A stretch of DNA of 32,000 nucleotides from Mycolicibacterium smegmatis (lineage in GTDB: Bacteria > Actinomycetota > Actinomycetes > Mycobacteriales > Mycobacteriaceae). The notes under the pieces are model-generated. The model saw only the letters and a list, made by a program, of their open reading frames with translations. It was not told where the DNA came from and ran no database searches. The stretch is taken from contig NZ_LN831039.1 of the NCBI RefSeq assembly GCF_001457595.1, positions 210,001 through 242,000 of the forward strand, in the 5' to 3' direction. The translations under genes and the position numbers were made by a program. Below, one piece after another: positions 1-8,830 of the stretch (positions are counted from its first letter, which is position 1; every line of letters begins with the position of its first letter).

Positions 1-2
1 AC

Positions 3-1235
3 GAATACGGCTATGGCGCCGCCGAAGAGGCCATCCGGGACGCACACGGGTGGAGCATGTCGGAGACGTTCTGGCTGCTGGCCATCTGGGCGCTGTTCCA
101 GGCCGGCATCGCCTTCCCCGCAGGCAAACTGCGTGAGAAGGGCATCGTGTCGGCTCGTGCCGCGATGCTCATCGGCGCGGCCCTGTCCGCACTCGGGTTC
201 GTCACCCTCACCCAGGGGAACCTGTTCGTCGCGTACCTCGGCTTCGCGGTGTGCGGCGGTATCGGGGCAGGCCTGGTGTACGCGACGTGTATCAACATGG
301 TCGGCAAGTGGTTCCCCGAACGACGCGGCGGCAAGACCGGTTTCGTCAACGGCGGATTTGCTTACGGCGCAGTACCGTTCATTTTCATCTTCAGCTACGC
401 GCTGCACCCGAGCACCTACGTGTGGGTGCTCGACCTCGTCGGTGCGTACATGCTGGTGGTCCTCGTCATCTGCGGCCTGATGTTCCGCGACCCGCCGAAG
501 AACTGGTGGCCGGAGTCGGTCGACCCGCTGCAGTGGGCCAACAGCAAGGCCGGTGCCAAGGGGCTGGCCAAGAACCCGCCTGCCGTCAAGCAGTTCACGC
601 CGATGGAGGCCATCAAGACCGGCATGTTGCCGCTCATGTGGCTGTCGTTGGGCATCAGCGCAGGTGTGTCTCTCTTCGGCAGCAGCTACATGGTGCCGTT
701 CGCCAAGGAACTCGGCTTCGGGCCGCTGATCGCGGCATCGTCGGCGGGCGTGCTGTCGATCATCAACGGCACCGGACGCGGCGCGACCGGATGGGTGTCG
801 GACCGGCTCGGCCGCAAGCTGACGCTGATCCTGGTGCTGCTGGTGTCGGCCGTGGCGCTCGTGGGCCTGCTCTACGCGGGTCAGGCGCACAACGAGGTCC
901 TGTTCCTGTTCTTCGCCTTCCTGGTGGGCTTCGGTGGCGGCGCGTTCTACCCGATGTTCGCGGCGCTGACCCCGGACTACTTCGGTGAGAACAACAACGC
1001 CAGTAACTACGGCCTGGTCTACAGCTCCAAGCTGCTGGGCTCGGTCGTCGGTATCGGTGTGGGCGCCAGCGTGATCGACACCTGGGGGTACGCCGGTGCG
1101 TACTGGATCGCCGCGGCCAGCGCCCTGGTGTCCGCCGCCATCGCTGTGTTCCTGCGCCAGCCAGGTCGCCGCAGCGGGGCAGCGGTTGCCCCGAGTTCGA
1201 CGAAGACGTCCACGTTGGCGTCGGCGTCGGACTGA
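3..1235 (+). CDS. MFS transporter, oxalate/formate antiporter (OFA)-like; N-terminus lies left of the window
   Basis: The frame is open from nt 3 (EYGYGAAEEAIRDAHGWS precedes the tracked Met at 57) and stops at TGA 1233-1235. It has repeated hydrophobic helices, the loop motif GKWFPERRGGKTGFVNGGFAYG typical of OFA-type MFS proteins, and strong GC3 bias. Confidence 0.85.
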   Translation, partial: EYGYGAAEEAIRDAHGWSMSETFWLLAIWALFQAGIAFPAGKLREKGIVSARAAMLIGAALSALGFVTLTQGNLFVAYLGFAVCGGIGAGLVYATCINMVGKWFPERRGGKTGFVNGGFAYGAVPFIFIFSYALHPSTYVWVLDLVGAYMLVVLVICGLMFRDPPKNWWPESVDPLQWANSKAGAKGLAKNPPAVKQFTPMEAIKTGMLPLMWLSLGISAGVSLFGSSYMVPFAKELGFGPLIAASSAGVLSIINGTGRGATGWVSDRLGRKLTLILVLLVSAVALVGLLYAGQAHNEVLFLFFAFLVGFGGGAFYPMFAALTPDYFGENNNASNYGLVYSSKLLGSVVGIGVGASVIDTWGYAGAYWIAAASALVSAAIAVFLRQPGRRSGAAVAPSSTKTSTLASASD

Positions 1236-1245
1236 CCGAACAACC

Positions 1246-1280
1246 GGCCGAGGGGGTCATGGAGGGGGATCCCCTCGGCC
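1246..1280 (+). terminator. GC-rich stem-loop 10 nt after the MFS stop (candidate factor-independent terminator without T-tract)
   Basis: GGCCGAGGGGGTC (1246-1258) pairs with GATCCCCTCGGCC (1268-1280), giving 13 bp with one G.U and a 9-nt loop. There is no U-tail, which is common in actinobacteria but lowers certainty. Confidence 0.45.
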
Positions 1281-1334
1281 GTGTCCACACGAATACGTAC
1301 ATCGAGATCGGAGAGAACCCGCGCCGTGACCACA

Positions 1335-2255
1335 ATGCTGATCCACCACGAGATCTTCGCCGCCCACCGCACCGCGGCCGGGCACCCGGAACGTCCGGAC
1401 CGCTATCGAGCGGTGGAAATGGCCTTGGCGCAGAGCCGGTTCGACGATCTGCTGCGGGTCGAGGCCGAACTCGCCGAACTCGACGTCACGCGGTACGTCC
1501 ACAGCAACGCCTACGTCGACGCGCTCGAGGCTGCGCGACCGACCGACGGCTTCGTCTACCTCGACGGCGGCGACACCATGATGGAGCCCTCGACGTGGGA
1601 GGTCGTGCTACGCGGTGTCGGCGGCACACTGCAGGCCGTCGACAGTGTGCTCGACGGTACGGCGCAGAACGCCTTCGTCGCGTGCCGCCCGCCGGGGCAC
1701 CACGCGGAAACCGAGCGCGCGATGGGCTTCTGCCTGTTCAACAACATCAGCATCGGGGCGCGTCACGCGCAGCTCAAGCACGGATTGTCGCGCGTCGCGA
1801 TCGTCGACTTCGACGTGCACCACGGCAACGGAACCCAGGAGATCTTCTACTCCGACGGCAGTGTGGTGTACGCCTCGACCCATCAGATGCCGCTGTTCCC
1901 CGGCACCGGTGCAACCGATGAGACGGGCGTCGGCAACATTTTCAACGCACCGCTGCGCGCGGGCGACGGCGGTGACGAACTGCGGGAGGCGTTCCGGGAC
2001 CGGATCATCCCGGCGGTCGACCGCTTCGAACCGGAACTGATCATCGTCTCGGCGGGTTTCGACGCCCACGAACGCGATCCGCTGGGATCACTGTCGATGA
2101 CGGCAGACGATTTCGGTTGGGCCACAAGGGAGCTGATGGCAGCGGCCGAGCGGCACTGCGAAGGCCGGTTGGTGTCGGTGCTCGAAGGCGGATACGACCT
2201 GCAGGGCCTGCGGGAGTCGGTCAGCGCCCACGTGGACGAACTGGTGCGAGGCTGA
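1335..2255 (+). CDS. Histone deacetylase-family protein (acetoin utilisation / acetylpolyamine amidohydrolase-like)
   Basis: Motifs GHPERPDRY, RPPGHHAE, DFDVHHGNGTQ and LEGGYDL are seen. I prefer ATG 1335 (MLIHHEIF...) because the tracked GTG 1281 abuts the upstream hairpin and adds a non-homologous basic tail. Confidence 0.85.
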   Translation: MLIHHEIFAAHRTAAGHPERPDRYRAVEMALAQSRFDDLLRVEAELAELDVTRYVHSNAYVDALEAARPTDGFVYLDGGDTMMEPSTWEVVLRGVGGTLQAVDSVLDGTAQNAFVACRPPGHHAETERAMGFCLFNNISIGARHAQLKHGLSRVAIVDFDVHHGNGTQEIFYSDGSVVYASTHQMPLFPGTGATDETGVGNIFNAPLRAGDGGDELREAFRDRIIPAVDRFEPELIIVSAGFDAHERDPLGSLSMTADDFGWATRELMAAAERHCEGRLVSVLEGGYDLQGLRESVSAHVDELVRG

Positions 2256-2876
2256 TCAGTGAACCAGTTCGCGCAGGCCGAGATCCCACTCTCGGTTGCG
2301 GCTCCGGTTGAGCACGACGTGCAGCGCGGCGTAGCCGCCGCCGATCAGGCCCACCATGGCCAGCCAGGCGAACACGAACACGCCGATACCGGCGATGCGT
2401 GCGTCGGACTCGGTCTTCGGTGCCGACGTCACGGCGCCTTTCTCGTCGAGCCAGATCTGCACCGTGTCGCCGGCCTTCACCGGATGGTCGACGGAGGTTT
2501 CGGCGGTCCGCACACCGCGGTTGGTTTCCCACTTCACCGGCACACGGAAGGACGCCGCTGCCGAGGACTCGGCCACCGTGGGATCGATCGTGCTGCCCTT
2601 GGTCGCTGTCGCGTCGACGGCGTGACGCGTAGCGGCCTCGGCAGCAATGGTTTCGGCACGTCCGGCGTATCCGGCTTGGCCCAGAAGCGCCGCGGGATAG
2701 AGGGCCACGACCGCCAGTAGCAGTCCGGCGATCAGTGCCCATGCCTGGATGCGATCGGCACGGCGCACAAGCGGTGTGCGGACGAACGCACAGGCCGCCC
2801 ACCAGCGGACGGGGGTCGCCGTACCAGACGGAACCCGTGCGCGGGTTTTTGTATACATACAAAGATGGTCGCCCAT
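2256..2876 (-). CDS. Rv1733c-like conserved transmembrane protein
   Basis: The architecture and motifs match my memory of M. tuberculosis Rv1733c: an N-terminal ..TPLVRRADRIQAW.. followed by a TM helix, a soluble middle, a C-terminal TM helix, then ..NRSRNREWD... The start is uncertain (ATG 2876 or ATG 2858). The stop abuts the HDAC stop with no spacer. Confidence 0.7.
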   Translation of the reverse strand: MGDHLCMYTKTRARVPSGTATPVRWWAACAFVRTPLVRRADRIQAWALIAGLLLAVVALYPAALLGQAGYAGRAETIAAEAATRHAVDATATKGSTIDPTVAESSAAASFRVPVKWETNRGVRTAETSVDHPVKAGDTVQIWLDEKGAVTSAPKTESDARIAGIGVFVFAWLAMVGLIGGGYAALHVVLNRSRNREWDLGLRELVH

Positions 2877-3038
2877 GGTCGCGTAGGCATGCCACTCGAT
2901 TACCGGCGATATCGGTCACACCCGTGCCCCTGCGGGGTGAAAGCCCAGCAAAATCCGCACGAGTGTGGCTCAGAACACGGGCAATCCGGGGTCCATTCCG
3001 AGGCGCACGCGGCCCGCGGGTGCGTGGCGGACGGCGCT

Positions 3039-3350
3039 TCACATGGTCAGCAGCGCCACCACGGCCACGATCGCGCACCAGACGCATGTGACGACGAACG
3101 CGGCCGGTACCCCTGCCCCCGGCAGGGGGCGGCCGTCGCGCATCGCGGATTCGACGGCGCGGGATCGGCGCCGGTATGCGACCACGAGCCCGAGCGCGAC
3201 AACTGCGGCCGAACCGAAGGCGATTGTGGCGACGGCATTCTGCCCGAGAACAACGGGTCTGCCGACCAGCGCGAGGACGGCCACGAGCGCCAGCAGCGAC
3301 CGGCGCCAGGTCAGCCTGGTGCGTTCGACCTGTAGTCCGCTGTCACGCAT
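3039..3350 (-). CDS. DUF202 (YidH-like) small membrane protein, second of a pair
   Basis: It contains a degenerate DUF202 motif (VERTRLTWRRSLLALVAV) plus two further hydrophobic helices. ATG 3350 lies 5 nt after the stop of the upstream DUF202 gene. The longer tracked ORF (to 3491) would overlap that gene. Confidence 0.6.
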   Translation of the reverse strand: MRDSGLQVERTRLTWRRSLLALVAVLALVGRPVVLGQNAVATIAFGSAAVVALGLVVAYRRRSRAVESAMRDGRPLPGAGVPAAFVVTCVWCAIVAVVALLTM

Positions 3351-3355
3351 GGGTG

Positions 3356-3715
3356 TCACCCCAGCAGGAGCCCGGCCAGAATGACGAGCCCGATGACCGG
3401 TAGCGCGACGGTCAGGCCCGGTGCCAGGACCGAGGACGGCAGTGGTTCTCCTCGGCGCATCGCGCGTTCGGTGGCGGCCCACGACAACCACGCGACCGGC
3501 GGGAGCGCGATCGCGAGCACCACCAGGGCGACCGAGGCCACGAGGCGAAGAGTGGGCTGCAGCGGTAGACCCAGCGTCTCCAGTGCGACGCCCGCGGCCA
3601 GCAGAGCCAGTGACGTGCGCAGCCAGGCGAGCAGGGTGCGCTCGTTGGCCAGGGTGAACCGCGGGTCGGGATCTGAACCCGTGTCGTACACGGATCGCGG
3701 GAATCGGTTGCGCAT
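3356..3715 (-). CDS. DUF202 (YidH-like) membrane protein
   Basis: The motif FTLANERTLLAWLRTSLALLAAG is the DUF202 signature, and there are three hydrophobic helices. I chose ATG 3715 (MRNRFPRS...). The tracked extension to 3979 is low-complexity and antisense to the oxidoreductase gene. Confidence 0.7.
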   Translation of the reverse strand: MRNRFPRSVYDTGSDPDPRFTLANERTLLAWLRTSLALLAAGVALETLGLPLQPTLRLVASVALVVLAIALPPVAWLSWAATERAMRRGEPLPSSVLAPGLTVALPVIGLVILAGLLLG

Positions 3716-3791
3716 GAGCGTTCCCACTCTATTGCTCGTTCCTCGAGATGACCGTTCGCATTGAAGGGTCGCCGCTCCCGTGGTTTCATAT

Positions 3792-3813
3792 GACAATTGA
3801 TTGTCGAACAATC
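3792..3813. promoter_or_regulatory. Candidate GntR-family operator (site A) in the divergent DUF202 / oxidoreductase intergenic region
   Basis: The sequence is GACAATTGATTGTCGAACAATC. It holds overlapping inverted repeats GACAAT-TG-ATTGTC and ATTGT-CGA-ACAAT (core 3800-3812). It is 16/22 identical to 8271-8292 upstream of the GntR gene. The GT-N3-AC core fits the GntR/FadR-type operator pattern. Confidence 0.45.
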
Positions 3814-3824
3814 TGGGGGTAGCG

Positions 3825-4961
3825 GTGTCATCTGTGGTCGTTGTGGGATCCGGGGTCGTCGGTCTGTGCACCGCGTGGAATCTGGCACGGGCCGGTGCCG
3901 AAGTGACCGTCGTGTCGGATCTGGATCCCGAACGGGAGATCGGATGGGGTTCGGGTGCCTGGGTGAATGCGAGCAGCAAGGTCCGGCTCGGATACCCCGA
4001 TCACTACACGCTGCTCAACCAGCGGGGCATGACGGCGCTGCACCACCTCGCCGAAAAGCTCACGGACGAACGCTGGCTGCACATCACCGGCGCCGTCGAG
4101 ATTGTTTCAGGAGACGATCAGCGGCGCACCCTTGCCGAGGATGTTCGTCGCCTGGTCGAATTCGATTACCCTGCGGAGCTTCTCGATGATGCAGACGCGG
4201 CACGGGTGATGCCGGGGGTGCGCCTGGCCGACGACGAGGCGGCCGCGGTGTTTCCCGCCGAGGGGTGGGTCGACATCGCGTTGCTCCTCACGACCCTCAC
4301 TGCCGCCATCGCCGAAGCGGGTGGCAGATTCGTCCGCCGAACCGTGACCGGTTTCGTCGACGACGCCGGCACCGTGACGGGAGTCGGCCTGGATGACGGG
4401 TCGGTGCTGAGCGCTGACCGCTACGTCATCGCGGCCGGAGCATGGACCGGACAACTCGCCGCACTCGCAGGCATCGACATCCCCGTTCTCCCGGCCGACC
4501 ACCCCAAGGTGCCCGGCCTCGCGGTTGCCGTCACCAGCCCGGCCAACGAGTCGTTCCCGATTCTCGTCACACCCGAGGTGGTCGCACGCCCATCGGGCCC
4601 GAACCGCATGTTGCTGGCCGGAGACAGCCACGGCATCGCCCTGACGATCGATTCGCCACGCTCGGATCTCATCCGGGCCGCCGAGGTCCTGCTCGCGCGA
4701 GCAGCGGCACGTGTCCCCGCGCTGGCGGCCTCCGCCATCCTCGACGTGCGGTTGAGCCTGCGCGCGATTCCGTCGGACGGCATCACCATCGCGGGATTCC
4801 CGGCCGGGCGTGACGACGTGTACGTGCTGACCACACACAGCGGGTTCTCCCTGGCCGCTGTTCTCGGAGACCTCGCGGCACGCGAGATCCTCACCGGGCA
4901 AGAGCAGCAAGCCCTGCATGAGTACCGGCCGACCCGCTTCTCCGCCAATGCCTCTGCCTGA
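3825..4961 (+). CDS. FAD-dependent oxidoreductase (DAO / D-amino-acid-dehydrogenase-like family)
   Basis: The N-terminal dinucleotide fold is VVVVGSGVVGLCTAWNLARAGAEVTVV. GTG 3825 is preferred because it follows a GGGGG stretch and because the tracked TTG 3801 lies inside the palindromic operator. The length is typical for DAO-family enzymes. Confidence 0.75.
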   Translation: MSSVVVVGSGVVGLCTAWNLARAGAEVTVVSDLDPEREIGWGSGAWVNASSKVRLGYPDHYTLLNQRGMTALHHLAEKLTDERWLHITGAVEIVSGDDQRRTLAEDVRRLVEFDYPAELLDDADAARVMPGVRLADDEAAAVFPAEGWVDIALLLTTLTAAIAEAGGRFVRRTVTGFVDDAGTVTGVGLDDGSVLSADRYVIAAGAWTGQLAALAGIDIPVLPADHPKVPGLAVAVTSPANESFPILVTPEVVARPSGPNRMLLAGDSHGIALTIDSPRSDLIRAAEVLLARAAARVPALAASAILDVRLSLRAIPSDGITIAGFPAGRDDVYVLTTHSGFSLAAVLGDLAAREILTGQEQQALHEYRPTRFSANASA

Positions 4962-4971
4962 GGGAGCCATC

Positions 4972-5826
4972 GTGAACAAGAGCATGCAGCGTCTGGCCCG
5001 CAGTGCGCTGGCCTGTTGCGTCGCGGGAGCCCTCGTCAGCGGATGTTCGTCCGCGCCGGGCGACACGTCGCAGGAAACCGACGGCGCGAAACCGAGCGGC
5101 CAGGAGATCACCGTGGCCACCGACGCCACGTACCGTCCGTTCGAGACCGTCGACCCCGCCACGAAGAAGATCGTCGGCCTCGATGCCGACCTCGTCGAGG
5201 CGATCGGTGACACGCTCGGGCTCACGGTGAAGTTCACCAACGTCGGATTCGACAGCATCGTGCCGGGGCTTCAGGCCCGCAAGTACGACGCCGCCGCGTC
5301 GGGGATCTCGGTGACACCCGAACGTGAGAAAGTCGTCGACTTCGTCCCGTACATGAGTGCGGGTTCGGGGCTCGCGGTGCAGAAGGGCAATCCGCACGAC
5401 CTGAAGATGGAGCCACTTGCATTGTGCGGGCACACCATCGGCGCACCGAAGGGCACGATCCAGGCGATCGGCCAACTGCCCGAGATCTCGGCCAAATGCG
5501 TGGCAGAGGGCAAGCCCGAGATATCGATCTCCCAGTTCCCCTCGCAGGACGCGGTCAACCTCGCGCTTTCGAGCGGCCGCATCGACGCCGCGATGGCCGC
5601 CAACATAAGCCTGGCCATCGAGGTCGAGGAATCCGACGGCGCACTGGAACTCGCACCCGGCGATCCTTACGACCCGAGCCCCGTCGGCATCGCCTTCCCC
5701 AAGGGCTCCGATCTGCTGCCGGCCGTCAAGACCGCGATGGCGCAACTGGATTCGAGCGGTGAGCTCAAGAAGATCGTCACCAAGTGGGGCATGCCGGAGA
5801 ACTCGATCTACACCGGTGCATCGTGA
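4972..5826 (+). CDS. Polar amino-acid ABC transporter substrate-binding lipoprotein (family 3 SBP)
   Basis: GTG 4972 is preceded by GGGAG. The signal peptide carries the lipobox LVSGC (Cys25). The ATDATYRPFE.. core is typical of His/Glu/Gln/Arg/opine-type SBPs. Confidence 0.8.
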   Translation: MNKSMQRLARSALACCVAGALVSGCSSAPGDTSQETDGAKPSGQEITVATDATYRPFETVDPATKKIVGLDADLVEAIGDTLGLTVKFTNVGFDSIVPGLQARKYDAAASGISVTPEREKVVDFVPYMSAGSGLAVQKGNPHDLKMEPLALCGHTIGAPKGTIQAIGQLPEISAKCVAEGKPEISISQFPSQDAVNLALSSGRIDAAMAANISLAIEVEESDGALELAPGDPYDPSPVGIAFPKGSDLLPAVKTAMAQLDSSGELKKIVTKWGMPENSIYTGAS

Positions 5827-6755
5827 CCGGCGCGATGACGGCGACCGAGACGTGCGAAACGCAGTCCCCCGGCGTCGCACGTGTGGTCAGACAACGCCAT
5901 CTCGGGCGCTGGCTCAGCGGCGGTGTCATGGTCGTCCTCGTCGCGCTCGCACTCCGATCGGTGGCCACCAATGACCGCTTCGGGTGGCCGCTGGTCGCGG
6001 GGTACCTCTTCGACCCGCAGATCCTCGAGGGCGTCCGCCTCACGCTGGTCCTGACGTTCGTGTGCATGGCCATCGGCATCGTGCTCGGTACCGTGCTGGC
6101 CGTCATGCGGTTGTCGGCGAATCCCGTCGCGCAGGCCCTGGCGTTCGCGTATGTGGGGTTCTTCCGTGGCACACCGGTGCTGGTCCAGTTGATCTTCTGG
6201 TTCAACTTCGCCGCGCTGTACCCGCACCTGTCGTTCGGCATACCCGGCGTCGACATCGACGCGAACGCGCTGATCAGCCCGGTCCTCGCCGGTGTGCTGG
6301 GACTCGGGCTCCACGAGGCGGCGTATATGGCCGAGATAATCAGGGGTGGAATAGGTTCCATCGATGTCGGGCAGATCGAGGCGGCACGGGCTTTGGGCTT
6401 GAGGAAGAACCAGGTGCTCCGGCGGATCGTGCTGCCGCAGGCGATGCGGGTGATCGTGCCTCCGACCGGCAACGAGGTGGTCGGCATGCTGAAGACCAGC
6501 TCACTGGTCAGCGTCCTGGCGGTCGGTGAACTGCTGTACTCCGCACAGCTGATCTACGCTTCGAACTACCAGACGATTCCGCTGCTGATCGTCGCGAGCC
6601 TGTGGTACCTGGTGCTGACCGCGGTGCTCAGCGCCGGTCAGATGCGGCTCGAGCGGCACTTCGCCAGGGGCAGCGTCGAAATCAGAACCGCTGCCGCAGA
6701 ATGGGTTCGCGGCTGGTTGGGCCTCGGTCATCTCGCGAGGCGAGGTGTGCGATGA
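5823..6755 (+). CDS. Amino-acid ABC transporter permease
   Basis: The GTG start overlaps the SBP stop (GTGA at 5823-5826); ATG 5835 is an alternative. There are multiple TM helices and an EAA loop, [30 protein letters not shown]. Confidence 0.85.
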   Translation: MTGAMTATETCETQSPGVARVVRQRHLGRWLSGGVMVVLVALALRSVATNDRFGWPLVAGYLFDPQILEGVRLTLVLTFVCMAIGIVLGTVLAVMRLSANPVAQALAFAYVGFFRGTPVLVQLIFWFNFAALYPHLSFGIPGVDIDANALISPVLAGVLGLGLHEAAYMAEIIRGGIGSIDVGQIEAARALGLRKNQVLRRIVLPQAMRVIVPPTGNEVVGMLKTSSLVSVLAVGELLYSAQLIYASNYQTIPLLIVASLWYLVLTAVLSAGQMRLERHFARGSVEIRTAAAEWVRGWLGLGHLARRGVR

Positions 6756-7534
6756 CGGTGCCCTCCGAGACGGCGCGACCCCTTGTGCGCGCGCAGAGCG
6801 TGACCAAGTCGTTCGGGACCGTACGGGTGCTCGACAACGTCGACGTCGAGATCGCGCGCGGTGAGGTGGTCTGTCTGATCGGTCCGTCCGGATCGGGCAA
6901 GAGCACCTTCCTGCGATGCATCAACCACCTGGAAACCCTTGACGGTGGCCAACTGTGGGTGGACGGCGAACTGGTGGGCTACCGGCGCAAGGGCGACAAG
7001 CTGATCGAGTTGAGTGATCGCCAGGCCAGCGTCCGACGTGCCGAGATCGGCATGGTGTTCCAGCATTTCAATCTGTTTCCGCACATGACGGTGATACAGA
7101 ACATCGTCGAGGCCCCGGTCAGAACCCGGCGTGCCACGCTCGAGGAGGCCACGGCGCGTGGCGAGGATCTGCTCACGCGAATGGGATTGGCAGACAAGCG
7201 CACGGTATACCCCGCCGAGTTGTCGGGCGGGCAGAAACAACGCGTCGCCATCGCCCGCGCTCTCGCGATGCAACCGAAACTCATGCTCTTCGACGAGCCG
7301 ACCTCCGCGCTCGATCCGGAACTGGTCGGTGACGTCCTTCGTGTGATGAAGGGGCTCGCGGAATCGGGTATGACCATGATCATCGTGACCCACGAGATCG
7401 GATTCGCACGTGAGGTGGCCGATCGGGTCATCTTCTTCGAGAACGGCCGTGTGGTGGAACAGGGTTCGGCCCGCGATGTGCTCGACTCGCCGTCGAACCC
7501 GCGCACCGCGGCCTTCCTGTCCGCGGTGCGCTGA
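6752..7534 (+). CDS. Amino-acid ABC transporter ATP-binding protein
   Basis: ATG 6752 overlaps the permease stop (ATGA). Walker A is GPSGSGKST, the signature is [15 protein letters not shown] and Walker B is [12 protein letters not shown]. Confidence 0.92.
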   Translation: MTVPSETARPLVRAQSVTKSFGTVRVLDNVDVEIARGEVVCLIGPSGSGKSTFLRCINHLETLDGGQLWVDGELVGYRRKGDKLIELSDRQASVRRAEIGMVFQHFNLFPHMTVIQNIVEAPVRTRRATLEEATARGEDLLTRMGLADKRTVYPAELSGGQKQRVAIARALAMQPKLMLFDEPTSALDPELVGDVLRVMKGLAESGMTMIIVTHEIGFAREVADRVIFFENGRVVEQGSARDVLDSPSNPRTAAFLSAVR

Positions 7535-7543
7535 CCCGGTGTC

Positions 7544-8215
7544 TCAATTCTCGCCAGGGTCTGCCGTACCGAGGAGCAGACGTTGAGCCAGGTCGAGCCT
7601 GCGCTCGAGCTGCTCGCGTGCGCCGACGGTGTCGCCGTCGAGAAGCATCCTGAGGAACTCCTCGTGGCGGTTGGTGAGCTCGGTGCCCGGAAGGATTGTC
7701 GAGTCCCGGTACTGCGAAACCAGGGCGAGTTGCAACTCGCTCATCAGCTCTCCGTGTATCCGGCTGAGGCGCGGGGAGTTCAGGAGACCGACGAGCGTGA
7801 TGTGAACGAACATGTCGGCACGGTTGCGGTCGACGGCAGCCCCGGTGCGGATCGCTTGCCCGAACTCGTCCACGGCACGCCGCAATTCGGCGAGCGCTGC
7901 CGCGCCGGCGGTTCCGGCTGCGTCCACGGCCGTCAGCTCGATGAGTTTGCGCACCACGAACAGATCCCGGATCTCGTCGGCGGTGAGTTGTTTGACCTCG
8001 ACGCCCCGGAACGAGGTGCGCCGCAGCAGACCTTCGTCGCTCAGACGCACGAGCGCTTCGCGCACCGAGCCGCGCGACACCTTCATCCGCTCGGCGAGAT
8101 CGACTTCCCGCAGCGGTGTGCCTGGCGTCAGCTCACCCGACAGCACGGCAGCCCGCAGTGCGTCGGAAACGCGCTCGACCGTGGTGGATCGGTTGACCGA
8201 CAAGTCGGGCAGCAA
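7544..8215 (-). CDS. GntR-family transcriptional regulator (FadR/FCD-type C-terminal domain)
   Basis: The winged HTH reads LREVDLAERMKVSRGSVREALVRLSDEGLL. I chose TTG 8215 because GAGGAGGAAACACC lies immediately upstream (SD with a 7-nt spacer). The tracked start at 8275 would run into the operator. Confidence 0.85.
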   Translation of the reverse strand: MLPDLSVNRSTTVERVSDALRAAVLSGELTPGTPLREVDLAERMKVSRGSVREALVRLSDEGLLRRTSFRGVEVKQLTADEIRDLFVVRKLIELTAVDAAGTAGAAALAELRRAVDEFGQAIRTGAAVDRNRADMFVHITLVGLLNSPRLSRIHGELMSELQLALVSQYRDSTILPGTELTNRHEEFLRMLLDGDTVGAREQLERRLDLAQRLLLGTADPGEN

Positions 8216-8270
8216 GGTGTTTCCTCCTCGGGCGCAGGGCAGCTGGCCCCAGACTATCGATGGATCGCCG

Positions 8271-8292
8271 GACAAACAATTGTCGGACGATT
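8271..8292. promoter_or_regulatory. Candidate GntR-family operator (site B), upstream of the GntR gene itself
   Basis: The sequence is GACAAACAATTGTCGGACGATT, with core ATTGTCGGACGAT at 8279-8291. It lies 56-77 nt upstream of TTG 8215 and is 16/22 identical to site A. Confidence 0.4.
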
Positions 8293-8320
8293 CCCGCGGA
8301 ATAGGCGTTGCCCGCGCCGG

Positions 8321-8830
8321 TCAGTCACCCGGGGGCCGGTTGTCGTCGAGACCGGTCGCGGCCCGCAGAAACGGCCCGAACAGGCGCCAACCCAGTTGGA
8401 GGGCAATGGCGTCCGCGGTGGCGGCACGGGCGGCGTGATCGTCCTGATGCCGTTGGCGCGCAGCCTCGACGAGTTCTTCGACCACGGGGAACCGGTGTTG
8501 GAGCGCTCCTACGTCGTAGCCGTCCAGAAGCGCACGGGCGATGACCTTCCAACTGCGTTCGACGTGGGCCTCGATCACCTCCTCTGGCGCGTCCGTTCCC
8601 CGGGCCGTCACCAGTTCGTCGGCGAGGAAATCGAGGACCGCCGCGACGAGGGCCTCCTTGTTGCCGATATGGCGAAAGATCAGTCCGGCGTTGACGCCCG
8701 AGCGTTCGGCGACGTCGCGCAGCGACGTCGCGGCCGGTCCGCGTTCGGCGAACAGGTCCGCGGCGTGTGTCAGCACCACGGGGCGAATCCGCGCGCCCGC
8801 GTCACGTTGCCCGCCGCTTGCTGTAGTCAC
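8321..8830 (-). CDS. TetR/AcrR-family transcriptional regulator
   Basis: The N-terminal HTH reads LFAERGPAATSLRDVAERSGVNAGLIFRHIGNKEAL. The GTG start at 8830 has no SD, and a TAATGT -10 element ends 6 nt upstream, which suggests a leaderless mRNA. Confidence 0.85.
   Translation of the reverse strand: MTTASGGQRDAGARIRPVVLTHAADLFAERGPAATSLRDVAERSGVNAGLIFRHIGNKEALVAAVLDFLADELVTARGTDAPEEVIEAHVERSWKVIARALLDGYDVGALQHRFPVVEELVEAARQRHQDDHAARAATADAIALQLGWRLFGPFLRAATGLDDNRPPGD

Noticed and set aside
2249-2260. The same 12-mer AGGCTGATCAGT forms both zero-spacer convergent stop/stop junctions: 2249-2260 (HDAC / Rv1733c-like) and 23375-23386 (murQ / cutinase). TGA and TCA lie back to back inside the palindrome CTGATCAG.
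   Set aside because: Exact 12-mer repeats are expected by chance many times in 32 kb, and six of the twelve bases are forced by the TGA+TCA arrangement. It remains a curiosity because it leaves no room for terminators between the convergent genes, but it is not evidence of a repeat element.
3003-3030. A GC-rich imperfect inverted repeat (CGCAC..GTGCG around CCGCGG) just downstream of the DUF202 pair on the minus strand, considered as a terminator.
   Set aside because: The pairing needs bulges and a very tight loop, and there is no U-tract. It is not distinguishable from background GC-rich self-complementarity.
4107-5880. Two long minus-strand ORFs (4107..5258, 383 aa; 4891..5880, 329 aa).
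   Set aside because: They are antisense to the FAD oxidoreductase and SBP genes, which have clear motifs and start/stop coupling. Their composition is R/G/D/H-rich and shadow-like.
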